A program made the translations under genes and the position numbers. From NCBI RefSeq assembly GCF_963921235.1, contig NC_086097.1, positions 188,916,001 to 188,980,000 of the forward strand: a stretch of DNA of 64,000 nucleotides, read 5' to 3'. Shown here one piece after another: positions 49,562 to 62,294 of this stretch. Within the stretch, counting starts at the first letter, position 1. Each line of letters begins with the position of its first letter. A model generated the notes under the pieces. The model was given only the letters and a program-made list of their open reading frames with translations, did not search any database and was not told the DNA's origin. The stretch comes from Mobula hypostoma. Taxonomy: Eukaryota.

Positions 49562-50242
49562 GAAAAAAAAGAAAATCTGCAGATGCTGGAAATCCAAGCA
49601 ACACACACAAAATGGAGGAATTTAGTAGGCCCAGAAGCATCAATGGAAAGAAGTACAGTTGATGTTTTGGGCCAAAACCCTTTGGCAGGACTAGAGGGAA
49701 AAAGCTGAGGAGTGGATTTAAAAGGTGATGGGAAGGAAGAGAGAACAACCAGATGATAGGTGAAACCTGGAGGGGGATAGATGAAGTAAAGAGCTGGGAG
49801 GTTGATTGGTGAAAGAGACAGAAGGCCGTGCAAGAAAGAAAAAAGGTGGAAGGAGCACCAAAGGGAGGTGAGGGAAAGGCAAGGGGATAGGGTGAGAGAG
49901 GGAAAAGGGGATGGGAAATGTAGGAAGGGTGTTGGGGGGGCATTACCAGAAGTTCGAGATATTGATGTCCATGCCATCAGGTTGGAGGCTACCCAAATGG
50001 AATACAGGGTGTTGTTCCTCCAACCTAAGTGTGGCCCCATCACAACAGTGGAGGAGGCCATGGATGGACATATTGGAATGGGAATGGGAAGTGGAATTAG
50101 AATGGGTGGCCACTGGGAGATCCTGCTTGTTCTGATGGATGGAACATAGATTATCTGTTTGGTGAAGCAGTCTCCCAATCTAAGTTGGGTCTCACCGATG
50201 TACAGGTGGTCACACTGGGAGCACCGAACACAGTAAATGATT
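49562..50242 (-). mobile_element. 5'-truncated Penelope-like element with GIY-YIG endonuclease remnant
   Basis: IYCVRCSQCDHLYIGETQLRLGDCF; pyrimidine-rich spacer; terminal repeat shared with the short copies; probable TSD TTCAACAG (49554-61, 50243-50). Confidence 0.9.
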
Positions 50243-50535
50243 TTCAACAGATATTCCTGCAATGTGAGATAGGCTGTGTGACGTTCATAATGGAGATACT
50301 AAAGAACTTAATGCCCAGTTGTTTTTTCCCTCTCTCTTTACCCAGGCTGAAATCTTTTTTTGTCTCTCAGTTAAAACCAACTTCACATCCTCTTCATGGA
50401 GTCATGCCCCTGATCTCAAGATCTCAAAGACAAACTTTGTTTCTTTAAGCTTCTTGCTTTTTTTTCCACTTTTCTCTCTTCCTTCTTAGCTGTTTCGTAA
50501 TGGAGTTAAATTTGTTCCTTAAGGTTGTTATAATC

Positions 50536-51095
50536 GGGGGTGGTAATGGGGATAGCTCCCACTACCTATTAAATACTACCAATGGCGTGTGTCTCAAATA
50601 GCCTCTGACAACCAAGTCCTAGGCTTCACATACAGATAGCTACTGAGCCCAGCAGAACTATTCTACTGATAGGAGAAGGGGCAAAGGCAGGTTACTGGTG
50701 TCTTTAAACCAGTCGCTTCAGGCAGACAGGGCTCATTAGCTGTGGCTGGCAGCTCTTCAGCTCATCTAGGAAAAGGAAAACACTGATCTCAAACCAACAT
50801 GGCCTTGTCGCTATAGACCCTCATGGGGAAGGCTTCAGAGTAAACACTGAGGAAAAATCCAGAGCTGGAGTCCCTAAGGCAACTGTAGTTACATTGAGTT
50901 CAATGCTGACTGGCAACTGTTGTGATGCTGCTGGTGCCAAACTATAATGGTCTCTGCTGTTCCTTTACATTAATCAGCTGCACGGAGAGGGGGAGCCTGC
51001 TTCATGGGCAACATCTTGTACTGCACTGGCTTGTGTATCATGTAGACAGCTGGGATGCAACATTCATGGTTGACCCTGACCAATGCAGGGCCTCA
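50536..51095 (+). mobile_element. Probable non-autonomous RTE-type element
   Basis: GC-richer non-coding block starting GGGGGTGG with RTE-UTR-like TAGGAAAAGGAAAAC...GATCTCAAACC; no ORF. Confidence 0.4.
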
Positions 51096-53906
51096 ATGAA
51101 GCAATATCTTCACAGATGCTGAATGGCCTATTGAGTGTTTCCAGCATTTCTTGTCACTATGGTTTTATTAAACAAAATACCTTAGTTTTAACTTCAGATC
51201 AATTTCAGTCAAGCTACTTTCTCAAATTTTAAGTAATTAATCTCAAAATATTTTTGAAATGTACAAAGGAATAATTTTATACAGCCACAATAATTAATCT
51301 TTTACCACTTCCCTGCTCACCATTCAGAAGGATTCACTCGCAATTCTTTCAGTATTTGATATTAATGACAGAGTGTCTTCTGGAAAAACCAAACACAAAT
51401 TTGGTGGTGGCACTGCAGAATACCTGCACTTAGTCTGCAAGGTCTATCACTTTAATTCTCCATCGTATTCTCCCATTGACCTCTATGTCATTCAGCTTGA
51501 ATCCATGCTGTAGGGTGTGAAGGAAAGGCTAGCAGTGGATACGACACACCAGTGAAATGATGGAGAACTTGAATAGCTACCTCAATGGATGTAAGTTCTT
51601 TTACCAAGCTCCTGGCCATTTGACGTACTATCCTCTTATGCATTACAGTATCAACTTTTGATGGAAAATACTCCTTTAAAACACTTCAGATGTTTTACTA
51701 TATTATGGACACCAGTAAGTACCATTGCTGTTTACAAGTGATTGGATGAATGTAACCTGGATGTTGAAGGTTATGCGAGTAGATATCATGTCAAAGCCGA
51801 AATCCAAGATCATGGGCTTGTTAGTGTTGTCTGGGCTCACATACGTCTCTTCAACACATTCTGATATCCAGCCAATATCCAAAAGCAAATGTGGAATCAA
51901 ATTTGTATATAAATAACTTGTTATTACTTCCCATAAACACTCTGCAATCCACACACTATCAAAAGAAATATCACAGGAAGTTGAAGCAGGATTAAGGAGC
52001 AGAATGCCTAGAAATGGGGGGACAGAGGATTTCTTACAAAAGCAATTTTTTAACCAATGCATTTTATATTTCATAATGTTTTAGAAACTCCAATTAACCA
52101 TATTTTAAGCATTTCCTAATAAGGATGCTTAGACTGAAAAAAAACAGACAATTCTGTGTGGCAGTCATAAATATAGCAATTTTTAGTAGCTTAGAGGAGT
52201 TATAGGATTTTTACCTTGAAGCAATGACATCTGACAAAGTATTTCTAAAGAGGGATGATGTGTAAACTTAAGTCTTAAACACAGGCGTGGAGTCCTTATG
52301 TCTTTGTAGGTGCATTCGGTCATATTTTGCAAGTGTAATCAGAGCAAGTTGCTGCCGTGCATCTTCCAGATGGCACACACAGCAGCCATAGTGAAAACTG
52401 AAGATTGAGGGAGTGACTTTTGAGTGGAGTGGATGGAGGGCCAATCAAATAAGATGTGTTGGATGGTTTAGGCTTCTCTGTGGTGTACTTAAAGGGTCAT
52501 TCTTTTAAGTTTTTTTTTAAATGTTGAAAGCGTGGGACCTTGTGAAAGAAATGCCAGTAAATTCCAGTAATTAAGTTATTACCTGGGACTTCCATAGCAC
52601 AATTATTACTGGACAAATATCAGCTCAATCCTTAGCATTGACCATGCCTAATTGCTACTGTATGTTCTTTAAGCAGTTGTGATTAAATTGGAATATTATG
52701 GAATAATTATGAAACACCCCTGCCTTATAACGTGGGAAATTCATTATCTAATAAGCTTCTCTAAATATGAATACTTTCTTTCACCCTAACACATTAGGCA
52801 TTGTGTATTGAAATAAATTAGTATTGACATCTGAATGTTCTTCAATGAATAGAAAAACACAGTAATTGATCCTAATTAATAATGCTCTTCACTACGCAAC
52901 ATTAATTTCCCTCGGGTCTTTTTCCAGAAAGCAGACCTCAGACGTGACGAATGTGCAGCCACATACATATAATGTAGCATTGAAAACCAATGCAGCGAAC
53001 AAGTAGGTCATCTGCCTGAGAACTGTCTGCAGAGGCACAGGGATATAACAATAACAGAAGAAACAAGCCATTGAAGCAATACTCATGCAGTTATTAACTC
53101 GGAAAAATAAACTAAACAATGTTTTCAGTGCACAAAATGTCTTTTATGCCTGCTGACCACAAAATGTAAATAGTTTGGTTTATATTCATTATAATTAATG
53201 ATGCACACAATGATGCACTATGCTGCATTCTAAAGACACACATTTGTTTTCCATTTACCTTGTGTATGCACTGCAAGCTGAGATGGTCTTTGCAATTGTA
53301 AAGTTAATAATAGATGTATTTTCTAATTAAACTTATGTGCATAGAACAAATCCTTTATTCAGCAAGGGGATGTAATAAATGCTTCCCTTTGTGGGTTCTT
53401 ACAACCCACATGGCTTTTCATGAATTAGTCAACAAATTACAATATCTGGCAGAAAGTGTCTCCTGTCAAAGTCACTTGATTAAAAGAGAACTTTAGGAAG
53501 TTTAAAAACTATCATCCCTAAGTATCATTTTATTTTGATTCTTGCTCGTGAAATTTATATTTAATACACAAACTAACAAGTTACATTTGAATTTGTAAAA
53601 ATAATTTTGATTGGACAGAGCACTTGAATCTCAGAAAATGTGCATCTGTGAACAGAAAAAGTGAAGAAATTTATGCAAAAATAAAATTGCTTTGAAAAGC
53701 ACTTCAGCACTTGTACACCACACATGCAGTAATTATGTATTTATCTAATTACAGTGGAATATATTACACTGTCCTATGAAGTTAAACAGAATAGAAGCAG
53801 GCCAGACTGGTTTTTACAATAAGTAACCCAAGTGTATAAAAATAAAAATCCATCCCAAGCAGGCACTCAGAACAAAACTCCTGATTGACCAATATGATAA
53901 ACTTAG

Positions 53907-54001
53907 CACACAAAAAATGCTGGAGGAACTCAGCAGGCCAGGCAGCATCTGTGGAAAAAAGTAAACAGTTGATGTTTCAGGCTGAGACCCTCCTTCAGGA
54001 C
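53907..54001 (-). mobile_element. Short Penelope-like terminal-repeat copy
   Basis: ATGCTGGAGGAACTCAGCAGGCCAGGCAGCATC...CAGGAC; probable TSD TGATAAA(C/T)TTAG. Confidence 0.8.
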
Positions 54002-54686
54002 TGATAAATTTAGTTAAATTTATTAATATAAATTTAGTTAACTTACTTTAGTTATATTCCTAATTGCAAGAGGTCCTTGTAACATAGCATTGGTAGCGAG
54101 GTACATGAACTAACTGAACTCAGGTTCAACTCCGTTATCTATAAAGGTAATTCATTTTAGTCAGTAGACAATAGACAATAGGTGCAGGAGTAGGCCATTT
54201 GGCCCTTCGAGCCAGCACCGCCATTCACTGTGATCATGGCTGATCATCCACAATCAGGATCCATTTCCTGCCTTATCCCCATAACCTTTGATTCCACTGT
54301 CTTTAAGAGCTCTATCCATCTCTTTTTTGAAAGCATCCAGATTCTTGGCCTCCACAGCCTTCTGGGGCAGAGCATTCCATATATCCACCACTCTCTGGGT
54401 GAAACAGTTTTTCCTCAACTCCGTTATAAATGGCCTACCCCTAATTCTTAAACTGTGGCCTCTGGTTCTGGACTCACCCATCAGCGGGAACATGTTTCCT
54501 GCCTCCAGCGTGTCCAATCCCTTAATAATCTTATATGTTTCAATAAGATCCCCTCTCAGCCTTCTAAATTCCAGAGTATACAAGCCCAGTCCCTCCAATC
54601 TTTCGACATATGACAGTCCCGCCATCCCGGGAATTAACCTTGTGAACCTACGCTGCACTCCCTCAATAGCAAGAATGTCCTTCCTC

Positions 54687-57600
54687 TGAGCTAACTTTTT
54701 TTTACTTATTTTTTTACTGTTTTACAATTAGCTGATCCTTTTCATATTTATACCTTTTTTTTAGGGAGCGTATACCGGAAGTCATGGGGGTAGTTTTAGC
54801 GCTTGCTTCTTTCTGGCGGGTCTGCTTTAGATTTTGCCTTGGGGTCTTGGGGTGGGGGGTGGTGGGAGGGGCTTCACGTTTTAGTTTGTTTTTCTTTGGA
54901 CTATATACATTATTGAAGTACTGGTTGCGTCCTTTTCCCCGGTATCTTTTGTATGTTCTGTTTCCTCTCCGGGTTTGTGGGTCGCGCCTATTGTCAATCC
55001 TCCTTGTTGTGGGTTGACTTTAGGATTTATGGAGTTTATTATTAATTTTGTCTCCTGGAATACTAATGGTCTTAATCATCCTATTAAAAGAAAAAAAGTT
55101 TTTAAAGTGTTCCGGAGACTTAAAGCACAAATTTTATTTTTACAAGAGACCCATGTACGGAGGGGGGACAGACTACGTTTTTTCAAATTCTGGAAGGGAC
55201 AACAATTTCATTCGAACTCCAATGCTAAGATTCGAGGCGTCTCTATTTTTATAGATTCCTCAGTTACTTTTATACAACAGGATATTATCTCTGATCCGAA
55301 TGGTAGATTTTTATTGGTTAGTGGTTTACTATTTAATAAAAAAGTAGTTTTGGTTAATGTTTATGCTCCTAATATGGATTGTCCAGAATTTTATAAATCA
55401 TTGTTTGATCAGTTTCCGAATTTGAACGAGTTTTCATTGATTTGGGGCGGAGATCTTAATACCTGTTTATCTCCAGCTTTGGACCGTTCGGCTCCTTTAC
55501 GGACTTTACCTAATAAATCTGCAAATTTGATTAATTTTTTCCTTTCTGATTCTGGGTCGACGGACATTTGGCGTTTTCTGCATCCTCAGGAAAAAGATTT
55601 TTCCTTTTTTTCACATGTTCATCATTCCTATTCAAGAATTGATTATTTTTTTATTGATTCTCGTCTCATTCCTTCAGTGATTAAATGTGATTATGATTCT
55701 ATAACCATTTCGGATCATGCTCCACTTAAGCTTTCTATTAAAATTATGGCCAATATACCAAACAATAGACAATGGCGTTTTAATTCGCTGTTGCTTCAGG
55801 ACTTGGACTTTGTTAATTTTATGAATGAACAGATGGAGCTTTTTTTTTACAATTAACCATACAGAAGATATTTCGGTTAACACTCTTTGGGACACTTTTA
55901 AAGCCTATATTCGGGGTCAGATTATTTCGTATTCCGTTGCTTTGAGGAAGAAACAGAAGCAGGAGGAGATGGCAATTGTGGACAAGATTAAAGAAATTGA
56001 TAAGAAATATGTTATGGCTCCTTCTGAGGAGCTATACAAACAAAGAACTGAACTTCAAATGGAACACAGTTTACTACTCTCGTCCTCGATTGTAAACCAA
56101 TTAAAGAAAACAAGAAGTGATTTTTATGTTCACAGTGATAAAATTGGCAAGCTGCTGGCTAATCAATTGAAATCTAATTATGTTAAATCTCAAATCAATC
56201 AGATTTATAACCAAAATGATCGATTGATATTGGATCATGTGGGGATTAATCAAACCTTTTGTGATTTTTATTCTTCTTTATATCAATCAGAGTCTCCTCG
56301 AGATTCTAAATATATGAATGATTTTTTAGATAAGTTAGACTTCCCTCAGATTTCACAGGATATGTCTTCTTTATTAGATATTTCCATTACAATGGATGAG
56401 ATTAAGAATGTTATTTTTTCTATGAATCTGGGGAAAGCTCCTGGCCCTGATGGGTTTACCGTTGAATTTTATAAATGTTTTGCTTCTTTATTGATTCCTT
56501 GGCTCTATAAGGTTTTTGAGGCTTCTTTGAAACTTGGTAAACTTCCGGAATCTTTTAATAGAGCATCAATTTCTTTAATACTAAAGAAGGATAAAGACCC
56601 TGCTCAATGTGCATCTTATAGACCAATATCTTTATTAAATGTTGATTCTAAAGTTTTTTCTAAGTTATTAGCAAATAGACTAGAAAAAGTACTTCCTTCT
56701 ATTATTTCGGAAGACCAAACGGGTTTTATTAAAGGTCGTTACTCTTTTTATAATATTCGTACATTGTTAAATATCGTTTATACTCCCTCACAAAATGTTC
56801 CTGAGTGTGTTATTTCTTTAGATGCCGAGAAAGCTTTTGATAGAGTAGAATGGCCTTATTTATTTAAGGTGCTTGAAATGTTTAATTTTAGCTTGAAATT
56901 TATATCCTGGATTAAACTGTTATATCACTCCCCTGTAGCCTCGGTTCGTACTAACTCTTTAAACTCACCTTTTTTTCCTCTCTTTCGTGGTACTCGACAA
57001 GGCTGTCCTCTTAGTCCCCTATTATTTGATATTGCATTAGAACCTCTTGCAATTGCTATTCGAGAATCTTCAAATATTACTGGGATAACTCGGGGATTAA
57101 AGTCCCATAAATTATCACTCTATGCTGATGATTTACTTTTATATATTTCTAATCCTGAGAGATCTATTCCTGCTGTTTTAGAGTTATTAGCACAATTTGG
57201 TCTTTTCTCAGGTTATAAATTAAATCTTAGTAAGAGTGAACTTTTTCCGATTAATAAACATCTTCCCTTATATTATAAATTTTCATTTAAATTGATTAAT
57301 AATTACCTTTCATATCTTGGGATTAAAATTACTTGTAAACATAAAGATTTATTTAAGACTAACTTTTTACCATTAATAGACCATATTACTCAACTTTCAT
57401 CTAAATGGTTTCCCTTATATTTAACTTTGATTGGTCGTATTAATGCAGTTAAGATGTTTTTTTTGCCAAAATTTTTATATATGTTTCAGGCATTACCAAT
57501 TTTCGTTCCTAAATCTTTTTTTGATAAAGTCGACTCTAAAATTTCTTCATTTATTTGGCAGAATAAGAATCCGAGACTGGGTAAAATACATTTACAGAAA

Positions 57601-59162
57601 GCTAAGAGAGATGGAGGTTTAGCATTACCTAACTTTAGATTTTATTATTGGGCTATTAATATTCGACATATGAAATTTTGGTTACTTGACCGGGACATAC
57701 TATCTATTCCTAAATGGGTAGCATTGGAATTACAATCTGTTCAGGGTTATACACTTGGTTCTATTTTAGGTTCATCTCTTCCTTTTGATTCGAAACGCCT
57801 TAAGCAGGTCTCTAACCCGATCGTTAAATATGCTTTGCGTATTTGGTTTCAATTCAGAAAATTTTTTGATCTTAATCAATTCGGGTTAGCGATTCCTATT
57901 TTAGGTAACATATTTTTTCCTCCCTCTTTTACGGATCGCGCTTTTCAAACTTGGAAGACTAAGGGTATTTTACGGTTTTTGGATTTATTTTTAGATGGTT
58001 CCCTTATGTCTTTTGAACAATTATCTAATAAATATAACTTATCAAGAATACATTTTTTTAGATATTTACAAGTTAGAAATTTCCTAAGTACTATACTTTC
58101 TTCCTTTCCAATGCTTCCTCCTATATATATTTTAGATTCGATAATTAACCTTAATCCATGTCAGAAAGGTGCATCGGCTATGATTTATAATATTATTATG
58201 AAACTTAGGAAAGCTCCATTTGATAAGATTAGGGTAGATTGGGAACAGGAATTGGGGCTTACCATTTCTGTGGATGATTGGGGGCAGATTTTACAATTAG
58301 TTAATACTTCCTCTATTTGTGCTAAACATTCCCTAATTCAATTTAAAGTGGTTCATAGAGCACATATGTCCAAAGATAAGTTAGCGCGTTTTTACTCGCA
58401 TATTAATCCTTTCTGTGATAGATGTTCGGGGCAGATAGCCTCTTTAACTCATATGTTTTGGTCTTGTCCTACTTTGGAAACTTTTTGGAGAGATATTTTC
58501 AATATTATTTCTAAGGTATTAAATATAGATATCTCTCCTCACCCTATTACTGCTATCTTTGGACTACCTAAAATTTCTAGTAATCTTTCCCCTTCAGCCC
58601 GTAGAATGATTGCATTTCTTACTTTAATGGTGAAAAGATGTATTTTACAACATTGGAAAGAGCTTAATGCTCCAACTACCTTTTTTTGGTTTTCTCAGAC
58701 GATTTTATGTTTGAATCTGGAGAAAATTAGAAGTAACCTTTATGATTCTTCATTTAAATTTGAACAGATTTGGGGACCTTTTATTCGATATTTTCATTTA
58801 ATGTAATATTTACCCTTCTTGTTTTTTTTTTCACTGTTTTAATGGAGGTCGGGATTGAGGAAGTGATTTTAAGTTTAACTCTGTTTGGTTTCAAGTTAGC
58901 CCATTGCTTTGCTTTGCTTTTAGTTAGTTGCACGGTGGGTTTTTTTTTGGGGTTTTTTTTTCTTTTTTTCCATTGATATATATAAAATCTAGTATACTAT
59001 TATGTTATCTTGGTTTCTTATGCTTAAATTACATTGTTTGTAGTATTTTCTTTTTGGTATTGTTATCTTTTGGAATTTTATTATACTTTAACATTGTATT
59101 AATGTTTATATGGCTTACCTTTTTTGTATACTTACTCAATAAAAAGATTTAAAAAGAAAGAA
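54687..59162 (+). mobile_element. Young L1, truncated just upstream of the inter-ORF spacer
   Basis: 16-bp TSD AAGAATGTCCTTCCTC (54671-86, 59163-78); AATAAA then (AAAG)n tail; no ORF1. Confidence 0.97.
55029..58806 (+). CDS. L1 ORF2 (APE endonuclease, RT, CCHC), one +1 frameshift in the T9 run at 55840-55848
   Basis: SWNTNGL, LQETH, GDLN, SRIDY, SDH; KAPGPDG, DAEKAFD, QGCPLSP, YADD; CDRC...HMFWSC. Removing one T gives a continuous 1258-aa ORF. Confidence 0.9.
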
Positions 59163-60224
59163 AAGAATGTCCTTCCTCAAATTTGGAGACCAAAACTGCA
59201 CACAGTACTCCAGGTGTGGTCTCACCTGGGCTCTGTACAGCTGCAGAAGGACCTCTTTGCTCTTGTACTCAATTCCCCTTGTTATGAAGGCCAGCATGCC
59301 ATTAGCTTTCTTCACAGCCTGCTGTACTTGCATGCTTGCTTTCAGTGACTGATGTACAAGAACAGCTAGATCTCGTTGTACTTCCCCTTTTCCTAACTTG
59401 ACTCCATTTAGATAATAATCTGCCTTCCTGTTCTTACCACCAAAGTGGATAACCTCACATTCATCCACATTAATCTGCATCTGCCCACTCACCCAGCCTG
59501 TCCAAGTCACCCTGCATTCTCATAACATCCTCCTCACATTTCACACTGCCACCCAGCTTTGTGTCATCGGCAAATTTGCTAATGTTACTTTTAATTCCCT
59601 CATCTAAATCATTAATATATGTTGTAAACAGCTGCGGTCCCAGCACTGAACCCTGCGATACCCCACTAGTCACCGCCTGCCATTCCGAAAGTGACCCATT
59701 AACCGCTACTCTTTGTTTTCTGTCAGCCAGCCAATTTTCAATCCATGTCAGTATTCTGCCCCCAATACCATGCGCCCTAATTTTGCCCACTAATCTCCTA
59801 TGTGGGACTTTATCAAAGGCTTTCTGAAAGTCCAGGTACACTACATCCACTGGCTCTCCCTTGTCCATTTTCATAGTTACATCCTCAAAAAATTCCAGAA
59901 GATTAGTCAAGCACATTTCCCCTTTGTAAATCCATGCTGACTCGGACCGATCCTGTTTCTGCTATCCAGATGTGTCGTAATTTCATCTTTTATAATTGAC
60001 TCCAGCATCTTTCCCACCACCACCGTCAGTGGTTGGGGTCAGGAAAAAGGGAAGTGAAGTTACTACATTTTATGATCTCAGTGACTAGAGATAGAAGAGA
60101 AAGAAAATTAACATTGCCTAAAGCTCAGGCATCTGACACGAAATGATGATTGAACTATCTTCTGATAAATCACCTATCTACTGATAATGCCTTTGAAGTA
60201 CTTTGCTTTGTCTTCTTTTATCTT

Positions 60225-61252
60225 GGTAGTGCAGTGGTTAAATTACTACTTTTACTCATTTAAGTGATATGAACTTTGCAAGCTGATTCAGCATTTAAAT
60301 GCCAATCTGTAATTGTCCTTGAGAAGGGGTTGTTGAGTTGCCTTTAATCGCTGCAGTCTGTGTGTGTTAGTGCTGTTAGTGAGGCAGCTCCAGGATTCTG
60401 ACACAGCATTGAAGGAATGGTGATATATTTCCAAGTCAGGATGATGTGCAGCTTGAAGGGCAACTTTCAGGTGTAGTCTTCATGTTTTATTGCCCTGGTT
60501 TTTCAAGCTAGTGAAATCAGGTTTGGAAGGTGTTGTCTAAGAAATCTTGGTCAGTTGGCCAAGTAACACAGAGGTCTGGACTAATAAAGAACTGACAAAA
60601 TTCCCCTAAAGCCTCTGTGGAATTGAAACTAAGTTAAAAATCTGGACCTTTTCTTTAAAAAAAATAATTACCCTTAGTGATATTAAGAGAAGTGTGGATT
60701 GTCGTAAAGACATCCAGTTCATGATTGTCCTTCATTCTCTTCCAGTCAAGATGGTGCCAATGAACAACGGGCACCATCTTCCAGATAGCTAATCCTTTTG
60801 GTTTTTCCAAGTCTTCTACTTATTCTTTTGATCTTAATTTTGCCTTTGAAACAGTTGGAACCTGCGACTTACAGTCTGTAGTTCGATTAAGTGAACTAGC
60901 GCTCTGTCCCTGAGAAAACTCCAAGAGAGACGTGTGAGCACAAGCTATCACAAGAAGCTCAGTGACGAGGTGAGGGGCCATGATCGACTACATTTCTCGC
61001 CGGCTAAAGCATCAAGGAAGATTGAAACAATGAGGCAAATGCAGAGGAGAGCGAACAGTTCTGGGAGAGGCCGTTAGGTTTGAGTTGCTGCCCTCGGAGG
61101 GGCTACTGGTTCAAGTCATTGCCCTGTGTGTAACTTCAGCCATACTACTATGGTTGATTTCTTCATCTTCCAGTATGCTATTTGTTCAGGCTAATAGAAT
61201 AAGTAATTAATACTCGTCTTGCCATCAATGCCCATATCCTGAAAGATGAATT
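60225..61252. mobile_element. Cluster of old SINE/LINE remnants: plus-strand tRNA-SINE pieces interrupted by an antisense LINE 3' end (about 60260-60560) and a CAAGATGG-initiated element (about 60745-61110)
   Basis: GGTAGTGCAGTGGTTA head; AATTGTCCTTGAGAAGG...TTCCAAGTCAGGATG antisense tail; GATTGTCGTAAA body; TCTTGCCATCAATGCCCATATCC end. Confidence 0.45.
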
Positions 61253-61804
61253 TAAATATATATATTATGTTGAAGAATAGCTGCCTGTGCAAGGAAATGT
61301 GAAGGTTGACCCTTCTCAGCATAGCTGGTGATGATAAAGAGCAGCCTGTGAAAAACTGATGGAATTTTATATGACTAACAGAAGTCAGAATTTATGCAAA
61401 TAATCAGCTGCATTGCTAAACCACATTTCTGAGTGAGGATCAGAAAACTATTGGAGGTGGAAATTCCAGAACTGGGTGCAATGCTGTTCCCATATGCACT
61501 GAGAAATACAACTGTGAGAATTTCCTAATTACAGAAGATGAGTAGCCATGAATATTCCCACAAACCACCAAGAGATTATGAATAGGTATAGGTAATCAGG
61601 AGTTAATGGAATACTGGCTTTTATCTCAGGGGATCAGGAATAGCAGAATGAGGAGGTAAAGTTTCAGATGCATGGAGGCTAAGATGAGCAAATTGGTCTT
61701 GCAGTGATTTAATTACAGGCTTGCCAGAACAATACCAGTTTAACTTGAGAGATTACACAAACTTTATTTCATTCCCTTGAGTCTGAAGGTGATATGAATT
61801 GTCA

Positions 61805-62294
61805 ATTGTGGTGGCTGTCCATTGTGTCTGTGCAGCTGTCCTATGCATGTGAGTTTTTAAAGTGGAAAAGCTGGTACACTGGGTAATTTCCAGAAGTCCA
61901 GGTCAGTGGTGTGAGCAAGCATCACAGACCGCGGTCTTCCTTGGTTCCGGTGGATGACCATGACGCCTTCTGTTCCTTTACTCTCCATGAAGTGTTACAG
62001 AACTGCCATCCCGGCAGTTGGACTTCACTATAGATGTCATCTGTCCAATCCACCAGAGCTGACTTCACACGCTAGTACAGGCATATCCGTATCTCGCCAG
62101 GGCATAAGGTCACCGGCTACCTTCACCTGGTTCAGCCCATCTGTCGAAGCGGTGTACCGGCGTGTGGCCACTACCACATGCAAACAGCTAATTGGAGCCA
62201 CAGGTTCAAGCTCAGTGAATTAGCTGCCCCAGAATGAAAACGACAAGCCCCTTACCCAGGGGTTCTACCTCTCCCTGAACATCCCATACACCCC
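61805..62294 (-). mobile_element. Short non-coding RTE-type element with candidate 5' HDV-like ribozyme
   Basis: GC-rich block within degenerate CR1 sequence; minus strand starts GGGGTGT and contains P1/P2/P3/P1.1/P4 complementarities in HDV order. Confidence 0.5.

Larger units (their letters stand above)
54166..60024 (-). mobile_element. Young 5'-truncated CR1, split by an L1
   Basis: Tail AGACAATAGACAATAG; ORF pieces CLTNLLEFFEDVT...KFADDTK (59470-59916), RPHLEYCVQFWSP and QRRFTRLIPG...NALP (54254-54658); GTCAGT on both flanks. Confidence 0.93.

Noticed and set aside
49497..50262. Long overlapping ORFs rich in Pro/Ser/Phe
   Set aside because: Read-through of the Penelope pyrimidine-rich spacer; only the GIY-YIG part is meaningful.
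51480..52074. GTAAGT donors and 63/123-aa ORFs suggesting exons
   Set aside because: No coherent exon chain or recognisable protein; compatible with chance or ancient repeat debris.
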